From NCBI RefSeq assembly GCF_030144855.1, contig NC_082711.1:148056001-148120000 (forward strand): a stretch of DNA of 64,000 nucleotides, given 5' to 3'. Shown here one piece after another: positions 26,001 through 41,000 of the stretch; the stretch's first letter is position 1; every line of letters begins with the position of its first letter. Source of the stretch: Hypanus sabinus. Lineage: Eukaryota. The translations under genes were made by a program, and so were the position numbers. The notes under the pieces are model-generated. The model made no database searches and was not told the DNA's origin. It saw only the letters and a list, made by a program, of their open reading frames with translations.

Positions 26001-29000
26001 GTACTGATGCCCAAACTCTTAAGATAAAGGGCCACAGCAAATGAAAGGGAATGCAGTAATCAGCACCCAGCTTGTCAGAATTAGAATCCTATTACTGCGA
26101 GTATGTAAAACATACCAGAATTGATCGTGCTTCAGCGCCAAACATAAAACACAGGACAATACCATAACAGACAATACAAAAGGAACCAACAACTTACAAG
26201 ACAATAGTGCAAATAGCCAAGAGCAATCATCAATTAGCAGAACGGTTACATGCACAATATCAATAATCAAATAAATGTGAACATATGAACAGACTCAATA
26301 ATTATCAACAGAACAAGGAGAGCAGGAAAGTCCATTTAACAGATGTTGTGCGGGGATAGTTAGGGTATTAAACCTAAGTGAGTTTTGTTGAGAAGCTGGT
26401 TAGATACAGGAAAGATGACGTGTGATCTTGGTGGTGATGCACTTGTCGCATCTCCCTGATGGCAATTTGGTGAATAGGTGACTGCTAGGGTGGATGGTGT
26501 CAGTAGTAATTTCTTCAGCTCTTTTGTTAGCTCTGGCAAATAACAGGTACCAAACACATCTTGATTTCTAAATAGTCAGGGGATTATCACTTGCATATTC
26601 TACATTATCTTTGCTGCTTAGCACCTCTATCCTTTTTCTACTAATGCTCTATTTGAAAACTTCATTAACAATACAGTAAATAAAATTAATGCATTGCTTT
26701 CTAGTTACCTTGCACAATTATTTATTTCATTCAACTGCAACCAAGCTGAAAACCACCTATATTTTTAATTCATCACATGTATCTAAAGCCTAATGTAAAT
26801 AAATGACAGCATTTATTTTGTTTGCTGTGCTCTTGATCCAAATAAAAAAATAAGAACGATAGGAAAATTCACAATTTCAGGGATATGTTTGTTATCCCAG
26901 CCAATAATCTCAGTAAATTTTAGTAGGTAACTCTCAAGCTGTAATCACTCATCAGTAATAAGCAAAACCCTTACTTATTAAAATTAATATTCTTTTTATT
27001 TATCTTTCACATGTACATTGAAACACACATTCAAATGCATCATTCACGTTAACAATCAACACAACCTAAGGACGTGTTGGGAGCAGCCCTGAAGTGTTGC
27101 CACACAGTCCAGCACCAACAACTTCACAGAATAGCAACAAAACAATAGCAAACTAAACCCTGTTTCTCTCTCTCTCCCACCCACGCATACAGTCCTCTAA
27201 TCCCAGGACAGGCTGTCTCCAGGACTCAAGCAGACTCGCAGACGCTGAGCCTTCAACTTCCCTAACAGAGTCAGCCTCACAGACCCAGGGCTTTGGCCAC
27301 TGGGTCTCGATTTCTGATCTTCCAAACTTACAATCAACCTTCAAGCTTCAATCTTTGGTAACAATCCCAGGACTCGCTGATGACAATCAATGAGGAACTT
27401 AAGATCCAGACTCTCTGATAACTGGGACCCTAAACACTAGGGCTTGAATTCCATTCTCACTGGCTTGCATACATAGGGGTCAACAGCCATTCTGCCTACT
27501 GTCCGTATGAAATTCTGATCCTAGAAGCTGATGACAATTTACTGATTGGGGGAGCGGGTCACCAGCCATCTCTGGTCTTCCAGCCTGGCACCCATCCACA
27601 GATGTCCTTCATCACTTATAACTGGCCTTCAAATGCAGAGCGATGGCCTAGACCGGGGGTCGGCAACCCGCGGCTCCGGAGCCACATGTGGCTCTTTTAC
27701 GTCTGTGCTGCGGCTCCCTGTTGCTTTGGGAAATAATTGGTTGTGGCGACCCTTTTCCTGGCACATCCGAACTGACTCACAATAAGATAGCCTACGGGGG
27801 TTTGCGAGCACAGAGCTTTGGAGCCTCTGCGCCATGGGGGGGGGGGGGGGCAGGTTGAGCGAAGCTTAAAAGTGAGGCTGAAGATTTCGAATAAAGTTTT
27901 TTCCTTCGACTGCAGTTACCGACTCCGTGTCGTAATTTTAGCGCTGCGTGTAGCACACCGCTACATGGTCAGTATTTAATTAAAATGTATTTTATGTTAG
28001 TTTGTTAGTTTTTGAAATGTAAATCTAAATTTGAAGATTATGGTGATCTTGTACAATCTAAATAAGACATTGTGGCGGGCGACCCATTTCCTGACACATC
28101 CGAACCGGCTCACAATTAGCCAGCGTTCAGGCTAAGGGAGATAGCCTACGGGGGTTTGTGAGTATGTGTCTTTTGCAGCATCCGCGCCCATGGGGGGCGG
28201 GTTGAGGGAGGCTTAAAAGCAAGGCTGTTTAGTTCGAATAAAGCTATCTTTGACTGCAGTTTACTGACTGCATGTAGCAACCGCTACAACGTGTTTTTAT
28301 CGCTGGCTGTCCAGAGGGAAGGTGCTGAAACGCTTTGTCGCGCGTCTGGAAGAAGTGAAAACTTCCCTGGGCAGCAAAGGGCTCAGCTTTCCTGAGCTGG
28401 AACAGCCAGAGTGGCTGGAAAAGCTACACTTCATGGTTGACATGACAGCGCACCTGAACACGCTGAACACAGCTCTTCAACGGGGTAAGGACGTACAGCC
28501 CTGCACATGTTGGAGGATGTTTTGGCATTCGAGCACAAGTTGACGTTGCTTGCCAGAGATTTACAGAAAGGCACATTGTCTCACTTCCCCAATTTGAGAG
28601 AGTTCAAACAAGGTCATGACATGATAAATTCGGAGTATTTACGTTCTGCAAACATCGTTTGGGAAACGCTTCTGTGAGTTCAGAGAGGAAAAAAAACACA
28701 TTATCCTTCCTGGTCACTCCCCTAAGCATCGATCCATCCCTACTGAATACGACTGCATTGTCAGGTGTGAGTCAACCTGAACAAGTATGATAAATATTTT
28801 AATTGCGTATTATTTTACGTATATTCATATGTTTTCATTGTTCAGTGAAATAGTCCTTTTATTTTTCAGGTTGACAGCTGGCTGACGTTATTTTTGGTTT
28901 GCTGCTGGCAGCAAATTTAAGTTTGGCGTTTTTCATAAATACAAGAAGGACTCATATAGACGTTGAGTATTTTACTTAAAAGTAACCTTCAACCCAACGT

Positions 29001-32000
29001 CTTTTTTTCGGAGTTCAAAATGTTTTTGTTGCATGCAGAAATGCAATTTCGTTTTCTCTGCAGGAGTTCATCAATTTCATAAATGCAACACATTATAGTT
29101 TGTTTATACATAGCATAAAGGCAAAACAAAACGTTGTATGCAGTGTTATTTCATTTTAAATGTCAAACGGGTTTTGCGGCTCCCAGTGTTTTCTTTTCTG
29201 TGGGAAACGGGTCCAAGTGGCTCTTTCAGTGGTAATGGTTGCTGACCCCTGGCCTAGACCCTGGCCCGACCTTTAACTCTCCCACATCCCTTTCCCTAAA
29301 ACCTAGTCTGACCACTAACTCTCCTCTCCGTCCCTAAAACCATCCCAACAAACCTAAAAAGCCACAAAACCTGAGCCACAACCTTGATGGTGACTGCAAC
29401 TCGGTGCTATCTTGACCAGAAATTCTCACAGTTCAAACATATTCAATAATCATAAGAAGCCATAACTAGTCAGAAAAATTGTAAAGAAACGTGAATGCAG
29501 TAACTAACTGATCTTACTTACCCCATAGGTGATGCACTGTATACAGTTCACCAATCTGCGAGAAGAAGCCACCAACTGCTTCATTGTTCTCTTGTCGAAA
29601 TCGAATGGCACGAGCCCTATGAAATATTAAATGATGCATTAATTTATTATTCATCATTATAGATAATTCAGATTTGAAGCAGTTATATTATAAATGTGAA
29701 TAATTGTTTCAATTTTGTTGAAAAAGACCTCTGAAAGTTGAAGATTGAATCACAAAATAATGATTAATAAATCCTAAAATTTTAATGATGGAAACTGATT
29801 ACACAAAGTTTCAGCTTATTCAACATGCAGTCATAATTATTTAGTTTTGCACAAATTAAAGTTTGATTCCTTTACACTAGTAACACTTTACCCAAACACT
29901 TACAGTATTTTAAATTCTGAATGAAGAGTAGTTGAAAAACCCAATGATTTTTCATTCAACCAAAATCCTCAAACATTAAAGCAGCTGCAACATTAAATTT
30001 TTAAACAGTTAAAACAGGACTTTCAACTTTGTGGCATACTTCAGTATAGATCCATATATTAACAGTTTGGTCATGTAAAATAGCAACTACATGTACGCTA
30101 AAATGTAAAATCACCAAGCTTTGAATAGAGCTAATCTAATGGTGGACTGTATTGTCAGCCATTAGATCACAGCTCTATAGACTTGCCAATTCCAGACAGA
30201 ATCAAAAAGTTTCCATAAACAACTCCATCCATAAATATGGCAGAGCTTTGCATGCATAAACAAATTCAGAGAATGCAATTAAAGAGATTGGTCCTCAGAC
30301 AATTTGATTCACTCCACTTAAAGAAACTGCTGAGTGCACTGCATTCATTAAAAAGCTTCAACCTAAATGAACACTGAATACTGAAGACTAATCTAGAATT
30401 AGTCATACCTCTACCCAAATAGTTCTAGTGACAGCTGAGTCATCTATTTGGAAAAATAGATTTATTTCCCAAGTATACCAAATTCATAACAAACAGGAGA
30501 AATTTAATCTGCCAATTGTCATTCCATTAGCCTACATTCATTTGTCAAAATGATGAAAGGAATGGTTGCTCATTCTATCAAGTAGCATTCACCAAACAAT
30601 AACATGCTAAACTCCAGAACCATTCAGATTTTGACCACTTTACAGCCTTAGTTCAAATATGGACAAAAGGACAGATATGAAAAAGTTAAGTGAAAGTGGC
30701 TAGCTTTGATATCATAAAATTATTAAACAGTATAATACAAGAAAGATTTGGTAAAATTAAAGTAATTGGGATTGAGGATAAACCATTCATTTGTTTGCCA
30801 TTAATATCATAAAGAAAGATGGCTTCTGTAATAATGGAAGCCAATAAATTAACCTTCAGGATTATACAGTATCAGGATTCCTCAGGGTTGTGCCATAGCC
30901 CCATACAACATTAGTAGCCATTTTAATAAACCATTCTTCCTAGTGTTACATGGGCTTGATTTCTATCATTAGCCTTATTTGCATTTCCTTTAAAGAATGA
31001 AGTAAAACAGAGTCAACATCCAGGCATAGGTTGGTAAGTGACAAATGATATTGAATTACACAAGCTTCAATCTAAAAGGAATGCTCAAGTACCTTCTGCA
31101 CATGAACAATAGGCAGGAAACTATTTGAGATAATTGGAAATACACAAAGAAATCCACATCCCATAAGTGATGCAAGCATTAAATAGACTAATAATTAGGA
31201 TTTATTTTTATTAGAATATGTACATGTTGGTCCTTTTTAATAACAGTGAAGGAATTTACTCTTAACCTTCTGCCTTTTGTTTAAAGAGTTTAGAGCAATT
31301 ATGCTTCTACTTACTTAAACCACATCTTGTTCTTCCTACCAAACAAAGTACTTTATTTCAGTTCTCTGCTTTAAATTTCATTTATGTTTACCCAACTCAC
31401 TAGTTTACTTATGTCTTCTTGCATTCTGTTATTAATTTCATTGTAACAGAATCGGACTTTTGTTTATTAAACAATATTTCTCCACTGCTGGTCAATAATC
31501 AAAAGAAAATTAAATTGCTTAGAATTTTATTCAAGGATAACGGTTGCTGGAATAACAGTCAGGTCATGTGATGAAGGTGACAGTCACACTATTTTACATA
31601 AAGATTGCCAGTACAGTAGATTTCAGTTAATTGGGTCATCGTTTAATCAGGACAACCACATATTTGGTAAAACTCTTGAAGAACATAAAGAAATTGAGTA
31701 AATCGCCAGGATTCCCTTAATGTATTTGGGACATTATGCCACCTAGTTGGGGCAGGAGTCCGTTGCCAAACAATTTCTAATTAGCATCAGTCGAGTGGCT
31801 ATTAGAGACTACACTGTGCTTACAGCAGTTTTTAAATAATGTCACTTGTGTGTTTGTGTTCAAAAAGCAATTATTTTTGTCACTAATAGTTGAATAAAGA
31901 GCAAGACAATTCAGAACTGTTTTATTCATTAAAGTTTCAAGCTTGAAGCTGCCAGTAACAGCCAGGAGTGAAAATGAAACAAGTTCACAATTTCTACAAG

Positions 32001-35000
32001 TTAAGAACCATGAAGAATTTGAAGGTATCAAGAACCATCTTGAATGTTACAACGAAAAAGATTTGGAGGATGCAGTCTTTGAAAACACTGCTTGAAGGCA
32101 ATCCACTATCTGCACTAGGTGTCTGCACTGGTTTTGTTCACTTACAGCCAATTAAAAGAACATGTTAGAATACACTGAATGAATTCCTCCATCAATAACT
32201 ACTAGGAACTAATAACAGTTTTATAGTACTGTAGTAGTTTTGGTTGTGTTCTAATTTATTCTGTATTTCAATTAAATGCATATATAAATAAATGGCAGTT
32301 TATCTTTTTTTTAAACACCTTTTCAACTATTTCCATGAAGCTGGCTAACTGGGCCAGCCACTTAATTGGGCCAAAATGTTCTGGTCCCAATGTGTCCCAA
32401 TTAACCTGACTCCACTGTATTTGGCACAATAAAGATTGGCAATATATTTCCATCAGGATGGAGTGGGGCTTGAAGGGGAACTGGCAGGTGGTATTTCTGG
32501 TGCTCTTGCTGCCCTTGTCCTCTAGATAGATAGTGGTTTTAGAAGGAGCTGACATAGAAACAGTTTTACATCACTGATTATACTCCCTCTTCCACTTGGT
32601 ATTTTTGAAAAGTGTGCAACATTTCAAACGATCAAATCCTACAGAACAATCACCAAAGCAAAATAGAATATTGCTGAAGATGATTGATCAAGTGGATAGA
32701 TACTTTATTGACCCCGGTGTCACAGTAGCATTACAAGTGCACAGATATACAAATATTAGAGAAGAAAGAAAGAATTTTAAGAAGTTCCCTCAAAAAGGGG
32801 GGGGGGGGGGTCATCACTTTCCTGGCTATAGGTTTATTCATTATAGAGCCTAATGGCCACGGGTAAAAATGACATCATATAGCACTCTTTGGAGCAGTGC
32901 AGTTGTCTTAGTCTATTCCTAAAAGTGCTCCTCTGTTCAGCCAAGTTGGCATGCAGAGGGTGTGAAACACTGTCCAGAATTGCCAGGATTTTCCGTAGGG
33001 TCCTTTGTTCTACCACAGCCTCTGGTGCGTCCAGTTTGACTCCCATAACAGAGCCAGCCTTTCTAATTAGTTTATTGAGCTTGTTGGCATCACCCATGTT
33101 GATACCATTGCCCCAGCACACCACCGCATAGAAGATTGTACAGGCAACAACAGACTGGTAGAACATGTGAAAGAGAGGCCTGCATACTCCGAAGGACCTC
33201 AGTACCCGCAGGAAGTAGAGGCCACTCTGGCCCTTCTTCTACTCAGCCTCTGTGTTGGTGCTTCACTTAAGTCCAGGTGCATCCCCAGGTACTTGTAGGT
33301 CCTCACCACATCCATGTCTTCATCATCAATAGTAACAGGGAGCAGTGCAGGCTGAGTCTTCCTAAAGTTCATCACCATCTCCTTTGCCTTACTGATGTTG
33401 GGGTGCAGATGATTCAGCTTGCACCATTTGACAAAGTCCTCCACCAGGGTCCTGCATTCTTCCTCCTGTCCTCCCTTTATACACCAAACTATTGCTGAGT
33501 CATCAGAGACTTACTGCAGAAGGAAGCAATGCTGCAAAGCCCATTTGGCCCATTGCATCCATCTTGGTGAAACAGAAGTAAAGATACTGTAACAGATTTC
33601 TGAAGGAGAGCAGGTCTCTTTTCAACAGAAAAAATATACTAACTTTCTTTACTGGGGTTATGCACTAAAAGGTGTGCTAAAAAATTCCTGCTGTATTACT
33701 AATACTTTTCCATGAACACATAATTCCATTATTATTCTGTAAAAAAGATCAAACTATAATTTACATTGTGATTTTGCAGCATTAGGATACAGCATTTAAG
33801 ATTCTGTTTTATGCTGCATCCTCAAACACATTTTGCCATACATTAGTTCTAACAGTGACACATTAATTATTCTAAATGATTAGAGAAACACAAAGTTTTT
33901 TTGCAGTAGAGATTACATCTATTAGCATAGTTATTCATTGTGTAATTCAACTAAAATTGAAACAACGAATATAAAACTATTATAGATTCCTTGCAGCCCA
34001 GCTAAACACATAATGGGGGTGGGGGAGAATAGACAATGAAGGTAATGGAGAAGACTGGAGAGTAATTCTGATGGTGGAAGAAAGGCAAACTCAAACATTA
34101 GGATTAAACACTATTGTGAACCAGTCTTTATTTATTGGGGTACAGTGCGGAGTAGGCCTTTCTGGCCCTTTGAGCCACATGCGCCCAGCAATCCCCCAAT
34201 TTTTTAATGCTAGCTTAATCACAGGGCAATTCACAATGACCAATTAACCTCCCAACTGGTTTATCTTTGGACTGTGAGAGGAAACTGGAGCACCCAGAGG
34301 AAACCCACATGGTCACAGGGAGAACATATGAACTCCTTACAGGTAGCAGCAACATGAATTGAACTCAGCTGGCCTGTACTGTTAAGCATTGTGCTATCAA
34401 CTATGCTATCGTGCCAACCCAATGTAAAATTACCTGTTATATTACCTGTAAGGGGTGGTTCTATCAGTTTATTTTTCAACATTAAACATTCTGAAAAATT
34501 TTGCAATGCAAGTTTCTGAAAGTGCAGGCAAATATATCAACTGGTTAAAGAAAACTAAGTAACGGAATAAACAGTTTAACTAATATTGAACGTTTTGAAC
34601 TAATGAGCCTTTGAATAAGTAATGGAGGCAATAAGCAAAATCTAAAGTTAACAATGATATAGAAAGAAATTATGTTGGATGTGAGAAGGAATTTGAGACA
34701 AAGTGGGAGTACAGAAAAGAATTAACTGTAAGCAATGTGGAAAATGACAGAAGGAACAAAGTTTTTTAAGTGAAACTAGAACCCAACTTGTCACAAGTGA
34801 CAAGTTGTTTTATTGGTCACTTAATAGCTGTTTGGCAAACTATTTCATTGTTAACTTAGTAAAAGCCTGAAAGACTAATACATCATACTGTGGATATATC
34901 CATTATTACACCTCAAAGTATTTTAACTTTTCTACTTACTCATTCCGAACCAATTCATTTAGGGCAGCTTTTTATCAAGAACAAACTTATTTATCTGCTG

Positions 35001-38000
35001 GAATGAAACTATGTTCAATTATGTCCATTTTGAGCTAGAAAGATTGAAGTGGCATTGTACAAGTATATACACATGTTCTTTAATAGGATGCTTATATATC
35101 ACCCTAACTTTCCTCACTGAGTTTAATTGCACAATAAATAGAAACATAATTGCCTGAAATTTGTAGCTTATTTGAGCTTCGGTACTAGTATTCCAATGGC
35201 AAAGCATTGTAATTAATGATTTCTTCTTCTTCACGTGCTCCTGATGACTTAAAAATTATTTACATAAACCTGCCATCAGTTATCCAGCTATTATCGCTCT
35301 ACTCTCACAAACTTGTAAATTGAGAAAACTAGAAAATAGATTCCTGATAATTGCTGTTAAATTATTACCTTTTTTAATTGTTAAGAACTCAAGAGTCTTT
35401 AATTGCACTTGTATACCTCTATAGCGTTCAATAATTCCTTTGGTCACTTCAAAATAAGCTTCGAATTTCAGTGAATGAGACAGCTAATAAATGTTTTGCC
35501 CAACAGTTGCTGACTCAAACTCACAACTACCACTTAAATAATGCCTTCAACTAACTAAAACCTCCAAGATTTGTACAAAGAAATAGGAGGCAGAATGCAA
35601 GAATAGAAAATCAGAACATCACTAGATATAGTTCAGAAAATTTGCAGCAGAGAAGGAAACCAAGCAGCCTGTGAAACCTGTATGGTGCTATAAATGTTTT
35701 CTATTTATGTATGCATATATAGTATTTCTCTACCAGAAGTTATTAATTCAACCAAGGCAACCAGTAGATAAGATAGGATCAATTAATACAAAAGGAGATG
35801 GAAGTCAGCAGTTTCCAAAGTGGGATTCTTAAAACATTTCCACATTTACGTTGCAATAAAGACTACTATTTGCAAAGTGGTGGTTAATAAGATTGAATTA
35901 AATATGTAATTAGAAAGGGCAACCCTTTGGCAATAAACAATTGAGGTTTTGAGGAGTAAATTTATTGTAATAGATTGATACTATTTCAGTTAATCAAATA
36001 ATCTCATTTGTTGCTTTTACCACTTAGTCTCAATGGGGTGGACAGGATGGAAACCGGAATGAAAGCTTTCATTCAGATGGTGGTAGTGAGCAGACAATTG
36101 GAGAAGTGTGATAAATCATAGAAGAAAATGCAAGATAAATAGTTTGCAGAAATAAAGTTGCAAGAATTGAGGATAAAGTTTTGAAGACTGGGGTAACAAT
36201 GGACATGAAGAAACTAACTAACAAGATTACCTTTTCTGAAAAGTAAAATAGATAATATCCAACAGTGACTCCAAATTAAAGAATTAAAGTGTGATATCAG
36301 TCTACTATTGCCAAATACTTTTACAATGCAAATTTCACATGATACCTAATTATAAGGGTAAATTGTACATGAGCTGTAGTTTGCCACTCACCAGTTATTA
36401 CCCCATTCAATCATTGTTCCTGGCTGAAAAAATCACACCAATATTAAAACAATATTAAAATTCCATTTACAAATATGCATCAGGATCTCAGTATTTTAGT
36501 GATTTAAGACAGTAAATGCATCACAAATTTAAGGTGAAGACTTATGTAAACTAATGAATCATACACGGTATATAATCTAAATAAATCTAAAGAACTACAC
36601 AAAGCATGAATTACAATTAAGATATTTTCCTCATACAGTTAATTCATTTAGTCACATCATCACCATCATCATGACCTAAAATGCTTCTTGACACAGTAAC
36701 ACTTAACTGGATCATCTGTCAGACTGTACAGCTATGTACATGTCACATCAAGCATGGTTAATATAGAGGCCAAGTACACTTGAGTTTAGGACTGGGGAAT
36801 ATCATTAGGGAATTCTAGACAGACTAGTTTCTTTATATGTAATTTCAGATATATTAAAACAGCACAAACACACATTTCAACCTTGAGATTCCAAAATTTG
36901 GATGCTCCTAAAGGATGCAGCAGAACAAATGGCTTGTTGTGCCTATGCTGGATCTTTCAACAAGCTAATTAATGTCACTACTGTGCTTTCCCCATGGGCT
37001 TGTACTTCCTTCAAGAAGATGCAGAAAAATGAAATTTCATAGTTAGAACTGAGTATGTGTTAACACTAGCTCCAAGAAACTAAGCAGAAGTAGGCTTGAG
37101 CCCAATAATGGAAAAAATAACAGAAGTAGGTGTAAGCTTGAAGCAGCGTGCAGGATGATCCAAGAAATAAAGTGTTAAATGTTGCATTTAAAGTCAATTT
37201 AGACTGCTACATGTGGTAGGTTTTGATTTGCTGGCCGTTCAACAGCAGTTATTGGGAAAGTCATTTTATGCTCAAATTAACGTAATCTGAAAAACTATTT
37301 CAAGTATAGATTTATCCATCACCATACATTACATTAATTTTGGATTCTATATATGTTCCCTAATAACCAATTAGTACATTAGTTTTTGCAGTTTTCAGTT
37401 ATAATATCCTACAATGGTAATAATAAATGCAGAAATCACAAGTTCCTTACCCTGAGCTGGTATGATCTGAGTTCATAAATATTGGGTCCTGTCCTGGGCA
37501 AAGGTTCATTCCAGAAACTGAACTCTAAAAGCAATTGGTTTTTTCGGGAATGTAGCATTTGTCCCCTTTCCTTCCTAAATTCCATGAACTCCTGCAAAAA
37601 AAAATCTTAAATTTCACGAGTAGCAAAGGCAAAAATTCATACTAATTGGTCATCAGATCAAGAAACAAAAGGTTTTCAATAGGATACAGAATACAGATCC
37701 ACTGCACTTTCCTTTACTATTTTAAAACCAACTGCTTCATTGCACATCAATTTATTCCTTCCTCAAGGCCAGCCTTACATCACAACAGCAAGAAAAAAAA
37801 GAATCTGTCAAGTAGTTGGGGGGAGAATGCAAAAAGGAACCCATTTTTAAACCCTATGCCTAATTTTATTCTTATAATTAACAATTTTTAAGAACATGAA
37901 TTGGCTAAATGTCATCAGGGCAAAATAATTCTAGTAAATAACAAACTACAAAACTTGAAATTATAAAACACTTTTGCTCTGTATTTCTGCAATATATCAA

Positions 38001-41000
38001 CTCCCAGACAAACAGCCCGACTGTTCAGGATGTAAGTCAATCTACACTTGGATAATACTTGAAGATCCTCTCAATTTCAGCCTCCCATGTAACCCCGATT
38101 TTCTTTTCATTTTAAAATCACTCTGCCACTGGGAGTTGCGCCATCAGCTCTAGGGTGTGGAATTTTTTTCTAAATCTCATTGCCTCTCTACCTTGAAATG
38201 CTCCTTAAAATCTACCCATCTCTAATACAAATTCGCTGTCAGATTTTAATCTGACAATGCCTCCAAGAAAAGAATGCAAGGAAATCGGAGCAAAAAAAGG
38301 CTGAGTAGGCTCTAAGATCACCAATCAATCTGATCATGTCTAATGAGCCCAGGTCTCATCTCCTCAGCTGTGGTAATTCCCAAAACCCCTCAATCCCCTG
38401 ATCTTTCAAAATTTAAATCCAGGAGAAATTGTAAAAAACTGTTCACTACGTCACTTGCATTATCATTTATGCAGTAAAGCATATTACTACATTGTGAATG
38501 CTATCAATACAAATCGTTGGTGTGTATTGTGCATGTCTGCCACATCATAATTTTTTTAATGAGAAGGAAACAGTTTTAAGTCATCAATGTCATCAACCTA
38601 AAATGTTAACACGTACACTGAAGCTGAATGAACTGCTGAGAAATTTTAACATTTTATTTTTTTTTAAAAAGGGGGGATAATTTGTTTTGACATAGGTACA
38701 TACTGCAAATGGAAGAAATTCAACAAGAAAGAAAAAAAGCACGTTTCCTTTTCTGAGATTCCTTCCTAGCACAAAACACACTGGCTTATATATGCAAGTT
38801 TCAAGTTTTCTACTGTTAAATATAAGAAACACCATTGTACAAAAGAAAAGGTGTCCAACTCAGATGTGTCTTCTCTAGTAAGTTTTATATGTAATCAAAG
38901 AAACTGCTGTAATACTTCAGAGGATAAACTGTTTCTCTTTCCACTGATGCAGTTTATGCTACAGATGAAATCCATTTTGTCAAAAACTTTCCTCTTCCAC
39001 AAGTGCTACATGGCATATAGGGTCTTCCAACAATTTCAGTTTTATGCAGCTTTTTGATTTTCATCTGGTAAAGGTAACAGCAGTTTAAACACAATGGTTA
39101 AAGCATTACAGTCAATGGATGGACTTTCTTAACTGTATTATAGCTCAACTGCTTTACCTTGTTTTGCCTCAGTTTATTCATCACCTCTGTAAGTGCAGGG
39201 TAACCTCCACTGTATTTCCACAGATGGACTGAAAAAGACCAAGATAAAGGAATAGCAGGTTTTCTCCATTTCATACTTCAAGATTAGACCATAAAACCAT
39301 AAGTTATAGGACCAGAATTGGCCACTTAGCCCACTGAGTCTGCTCCACTATCTTGGAGCCCCAATCTCCTGCTGTCTCCCCGTATCCCTTCGAGCCCTGA
39401 CCAATAAAAAAATCTATCAACCTCCGTTATAAATATACATAAAGACTTGGCCTCCACAGCTGCCTGTGGCAAAGAATTCCACAGATTCACCACTCTCTGG
39501 CTAAAGAAATTCCTCACCTCTGTTCTAAAAGGAAGCCCCTCTATTCTGAGGCTGTGTCCTCTGGCCTTAGACTCTCCCACCATAGGAAACATCCTCTCCA
39601 CATCCACTCTATCAAGGCCTTTCACCATTCAATAGGTTTCAAGAAGGTCACCCCTCATTCTTCTGAACTCCAGTGAATACAGGCCTAGAGCTATCAAGTG
39701 CTCTTCATATGACAAGCTATTCAATCCTGGACTAACTTCTGTGAACCTTATTTGAAACCTCACCAGTTTCAGCACATCCTTTCTTTGAATCACAACCAAA
39801 GCTAATGAAAATTCTGGATGGACACACATTTTATAAATATTGCTAAAAGGCAAAATACTGTGGATTCTGATTAATTAGGACACATCAAGACCAGTATGTT
39901 TTGGCCCAATTAAGCAACTGCCCAATTAGCTGAAATTTCATGAGAGCAGTTAAAAGGTATAAAAAAGACAAACTGAGTAACAATTCATTTTCCTAACAGT
40001 TATTAATAGTGGAATTCATTTGCTGTGTTCTTTTGATTGATTGTAAATGAACAAAATGAGCAGACACCTAGTGTAGATAATGGACTGTCTTAATGTAATG
40101 CTTTAAACAATTACATCCTTTAAATCTTCATTTTCATCATAACATTCAAGGTGATTGTTGATACCTTCATAATTCCTAACTTGCTGAAGTAGCGGAATTG
40201 TTTCATTTTTACTCCTGGCTATTTCTGGTATCGTCAAGCCTGAATGCTTGAAATAACAGTAGGCAAAAGAGTTCCAAACTGTCTTACTGCTAATCGCTCA
40301 TCAACTATCAGTGGAACACAAGCACATGCAACTGATGCTACTTAAAAACTGATCACTCTCAGAATGGTATAGTGGTTAATAGCCACAGAGTGCACATGAC
40401 TGATGCTAGCTAGAAACTGTTCAGCAATAGTCTCCTGTCCTAATTAAGTGGCAGTGTCCCAAATCAATAAATGGAATCTGGGCTATTGTCTCTATTTAGT
40501 TTTTGCTCTTTAAGAGTTGTCCCAAATAAACAGCTACACTGATTAGCCAATCACCCTGTTAACAAAAATTCACTGTATTCATTTCTGGGTAGTTGTAAAA
40601 TGAAGTTAAAATTAATTTTCACATGGCTTCATACCACCAATAGAAGTCTGAAATTAAGTTAGTTAAATTAAAATTATTGACCATGTCCATACATACATTT
40701 AGAGATAGGATTAGATAGGTTGGTTCTATAATCATTTTTAATGGGTATCAAAAGGATTTGTTAAGCCTCACAATAGGCAAGATGTCACAAAAATTAAGAT
40801 TAGTACTATGCTTCAGTAACAAAAAACACTTCAGGATGGAATACATCATAAAGAAGATAAAGTGTTCCAAAATTAAAACTACAATCATGTTTATGTAAAT
40901 AAAAGAAATCTAACTTTAATTAATTACCACATTTGGTAAGCAAATGCTGGATGCACCCAAAACCTGCCGGTTGCTTGTCCACCTTTTTCATACATTGTTC

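Larger units (their letters stand above)
27654..29251 (+). mobile_element. hAT (Charlie/SPIN/Buster-type) non-autonomous DNA transposon
   Basis: TIR CGGGGGTCGGCAACC / GGTTGCTGACCCCTG; perfect 8-bp TSD GCCTAGAC (27646-27653, 29252-29259); transposase piece [40 protein letters not shown]. Confidence 0.92.

Noticed and set aside
27742-28288. CRISPR-like or simple tandem array
   Set aside because: Eukaryotic DNA; only two units, each with LTR termini and its own target-site flanks.
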